Shown here: in pieces, positions 61,932-64,000 of the stretch
How the letters are laid out: each line of letters begins with the position of its first letter
How positions within the stretch are numbered: the stretch's first letter is position 1
NCBI GenBank assembly: GCA_035506675.1
Contig: DATJOX010000059.1
Span: 140,886-204,885, forward strand
DNA from: Methanomassiliicoccales archaeon
GTDB taxonomy: Archaea > Thermoplasmatota > Thermoplasmata > Methanomassiliicoccales > UBA472
Reading direction: 5' to 3'
DNA length: 64,000 nt
Position numbers and translations under genes: made by a program
Notes under the pieces: model-generated
Database searches by the model: none
Told to the model about the DNA's origin: nothing
The model's input: only the letters and a program-made list of their open reading frames with translations

Positions 61932-63047
61932 CTACGTGGTGAGCGATTCGACGGTCTTCTTGTCGAGGCGCTTGAGCAGCTCTATGGTGAGCCTGATGCC
62001 GCTCTCGACGTCTCCCAAGTCCAAGACGCCGATGTGCGAGTGTATGTGCCGGACAGGGACTCCCAGATTGAGCGTCGGGCAACCGATGTTCGCCGTGTGT
62101 ATGTAGGCCCCGTCGGTTCCTCCGCCAGTGCTGTGCCCGAGCTGATACGGTATCTTGTTCTCCTCGGCCAGCGAAATCGCCAGTTCCTTCAGCGGCTGGT
62201 TCGGGATCATCATCGCATCGAAAACGGTGATCTCGACCCCGCCTCCTATCTTCGACGGCGCCTGTTGCGGCTCGATCCCGGGCACGTCGCCGGAGATGCC
62301 GACGTCGAGCACGAGCGCGACGTCCGGCTTCACGAGGTTCGCCGCCGTCTTCGCCCCTCTCGCTCCGACCTCCTCCTGGACCGTACCCGCCACGACCACT
62401 CGGTTCGGGTGCATGATCCTCTCTTCGGAGAGCCTTCGCAGCAGCTCCGCGCCCATGAACGCGGAGGCGCGATTGTCGAACGCCTTTCCGAATGCGATCT
62501 TTCTCTCCCCGGCCTCCTTGCCGTCCTTGAAGGCCTTCTTCGTGAGTACCCTGAACGAGGACTCAGGCACCACGGCGTCGCCGATGCGCACGCCCATCGC
62601 TTCGGCCTCTTCCTTGTTGGAGGCTCCGATGTCGATGAGCATCTTGTCCTTCGCGACGACCTTCTTCCTTTCCTCAGCGTCCATGACGTGGGGAGGTTTG
62701 GAGGCGATCAAGCCCTTGACGACGCCCTTCTTCGTCATTACCTGGATTCTCTGCCCCAGGAGGACCTGATCGAACCAGCCGCCGAGCTGTGTGAAATTGA
62801 GATATCCAGCCTGGTTCACGGCCGTTACCAGGAATCCGATCTCGTCCACGTGCGCGGGAACGAGCACGCAGGGACCCTTCTTGTTCCCGTTCTTCTCGAA
62901 GAACAAGTTGCCCAGCTTGTCGCCATACACCGAATCGCTGTAAGGTGTCGCGTATCGCCTTAGCAGCTCCAACGTCTCCTTCTCGAAACCGGAGGGGCCC
63001 GAGCTGTTGCTCAACTCCTCGAAGAACCTCAATGCGTCCGAATCCAT
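61932..63047 (-). CDS. M42-family aminopeptidase (TET/FrvX-like)
   Basis: 371 aa. GPSGFE, AHVDEIGF, and the ...TGGGTDG... metal-site motifs. Confidence 0.9.
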   Translation of the reverse strand: MDSDALRFFEELSNSSGPSGFEKETLELLRRYATPYSDSVYGDKLGNLFFEKNGNKKGPCVLVPAHVDEIGFLVTAVNQAGYLNFTQLGGWFDQVLLGQRIQVMTKKGVVKGLIASKPPHVMDAEERKKVVAKDKMLIDIGASNKEEAEAMGVRIGDAVVPESSFRVLTKKAFKDGKEAGERKIAFGKAFDNRASAFMGAELLRRLSEERIMHPNRVVVAGTVQEEVGARGAKTAANLVKPDVALVLDVGISGDVPGIEPQQAPSKIGGGVEITVFDAMMIPNQPLKELAISLAEENKIPYQLGHSTGGGTDGAYIHTANIGCPTLNLGVPVRHIHSHIGVLDLGDVESGIRLTIELLKRLDKKTVESLTT

Positions 63048-63175
63048 TCCCTCACATCTCGTCCAGGGATTCGAAAGCGACGGTAATATTAGCTTCGCTC
63101 CTGCGCCGATGTCGGCCAGACGCGGACTCTCTCTTGAAAAGTGATAAATCCCTGATGACGCTTACGAAGCGACAG

Positions 63176-63249
63176 GCCACCATAGCTCAGCCTGGCAGAG
63201 CGGCTGACTTGTAATCAGCAGGTCGGGAGTTCAACTCTCCCTGGTGGCT
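63176..63249 (+). tRNA. tRNA-Thr (anticodon TGT)
   Basis: Hand-folded 74-nt cloverleaf. Acceptor GCCACCA/TGGTGGC, D-arm GCTC-AGCCTGGCA-GAGC, anticodon stem GCTGA/TCAGC with loop CTTGTAA, T-arm GGGAG-TTCAACT-CTCCC. Confidence 0.9.
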
Positions 63250-63254
63250 CTCCG

Positions 63255-64000
63255 TCACTTCTTGCCCACTTCCGCAAGCGCCTTCTCGAAGATGTCGAGG
63301 CCAGCATCGATCTGATCCATCGAAGTGTTCAGCGGAGGGATGAAGCGAAGCGTCGAGCGCCCGCACCCGATCAGGATCAAGCCCTTCTTGAACGCCGCCA
63401 TTTCCAAATCGTCGCGCTCCTCGACCGCGTACTCCTTCGTCCCGCGGTCCTTGACCAGCTCCACGCCGATCATCAACCCGTAGCCGCGAACGTCGCCGAT
63501 GAGCTCGTGCTCTTGCATCATCTCTTCGAGACGCTGCTTGAGATGCTTGCCCTTCTTCGCCGCCTGCTGCACCAGCCTCTCTTTCTCGATCACTTCTATC
63601 GTGGCCAGGGAAGCCGCGCAAGCGAGCGCGTTCCCTCCGTAGGTGTTCGAGTGCGCACCCTTCTTGGTCCAGTCGAGCTCACGGCGGAATATCGTCGCCG
63701 CGAATGGCACGCCGGAACCAAGGGCCTTGGCGGAGCACATGATGTCCGGGACGACGTCGTAGTTCTCCATCGCCCACATTCTGCCGCTCCGACCCATCCC
63801 GGCCTGCACCTCGTCGTCAACGAACAGTATCCCATGCTTGCTGCAGATCTTCGCGATCGCCTGCACGAACTCCTTCGGTGGAACGATGTAGCCCCCTTCG
63901 CCCTGAATCGGCTCCATGAAGACCGCGGCCACCTCCTCGGGCGGGAGGTTGTCCTCGAAGTGCACCTCCTCCAGCACCTTGGCGCACAATATCCCGCAGC
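63255..64000 (-). CDS. Class III PLP aminotransferase (GABA/acetylornithine aminotransferase-like), C-terminal part; the N-terminus lies beyond the window
   Basis: The open frame runs off the window end. Motifs EPIQGEGG, FVDDEVQAGMGRSG and the SAKALG lysine region. Confidence 0.88.
   Translation of the reverse strand, partial: CGILCAKVLEEVHFEDNLPPEEVAAVFMEPIQGEGGYIVPPKEFVQAIAKICSKHGILFVDDEVQAGMGRSGRMWAMENYDVVPDIMCSAKALGSGVPFAATIFRRELDWTKKGAHSNTYGGNALACAASLATIEVIEKERLVQQAAKKGKHLKQRLEEMMQEHELIGDVRGYGLMIGVELVKDRGTKEYAVEERDDLEMAAFKKGLILIGCGRSTLRFIPPLNTSMDQIDAGLDIFEKALAEVGKK

Noticed and set aside
63138-63175. GTGATAA and CTGATGA motifs upstream of tRNA-Thr, considered as a possible C/D-box sRNA.
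   Set aside because: There is no properly spaced C/D and C'/D' box set or terminal stem. The A/T element is better explained as the tRNA promoter TATA box about 30 nt upstream of the tRNA 5' end.

Overview
The window reads as archaeal chromosomal DNA. It carries an RFC small subunit, ribosomal protein L40e, ABCE1, FtsZ, archaeal-type riboflavin synthase with RibL, and TATA-like boxes about 26-30 nt upstream of many start codons. A Thermoplasmata- or Methanomassiliicoccales-like euryarchaeon is only a guess.

Most of the window (about 10.7-58 kb and 61-64 kb) is high-GC housekeeping sequence:
- Information processing: DEAD-box helicase, topA, endonuclease III, RFC, metG, ABCE1, a TtuA/NcsA-type tRNA thiolase.
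- Metabolism: folC, ACD alpha, enolase, glyA, PGI/PMI, a ribB-ribL-ribC-ribH operon, three aminotransferases.
- Metals and nitrogen: hypA-hypD, two NikR-type regulators, a split COG0523 GTPase, bacterioferritin, amt-glnK.
- Signalling: two orphan PAS histidine kinases and one receiver-DUF835 protein.
- Other: ftsZ, FKBP, an M42 peptidase, tRNA-Arg(CCT) and tRNA-Thr(UGU).

Two accessory-looking segments stand out.
1. The first ~10.7 kb looks lower in GC. It holds a compact six-gene minus-strand operon (5199-10457) encoding a carrier protein, an adenylating enzyme, two PP-loop amidotransferase-type enzymes, a two-lobed GNAT/FemAB-like acyltransferase and an AcpS-type phosphopantetheinyl transferase. 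A self-contained carrier-protein tailoring cassette like this is unexpected in an archaeon, and it is my best candidate for an undescribed system.
2. A ~1.85 kb low-GC insert (59107-60982) is bracketed by a 24-bp direct repeat derived from the 3' end of tRNA-Arg. This looks like a decayed integrated element. It carries a Cys-rich tandem-module protein.

Smaller oddities:
- The PPTase has no canonical start codon upstream of its conserved N-terminal motif.
- A 128-aa ORF looks like nicotinate phosphoribosyltransferase with the catalytic core removed.
- A 60-aa protein carries an exact RanBP2-type zinc-finger signature.
- A CorA-like protein lacks the GMN motif.
- Several intergenic regions contain repeats or palindromes.

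No CRISPR array, rRNA, transposase or integrase was seen. All calls come from reading the ORF translations and the sequence by eye. No searches or computations were run, and start codons in particular are provisional.
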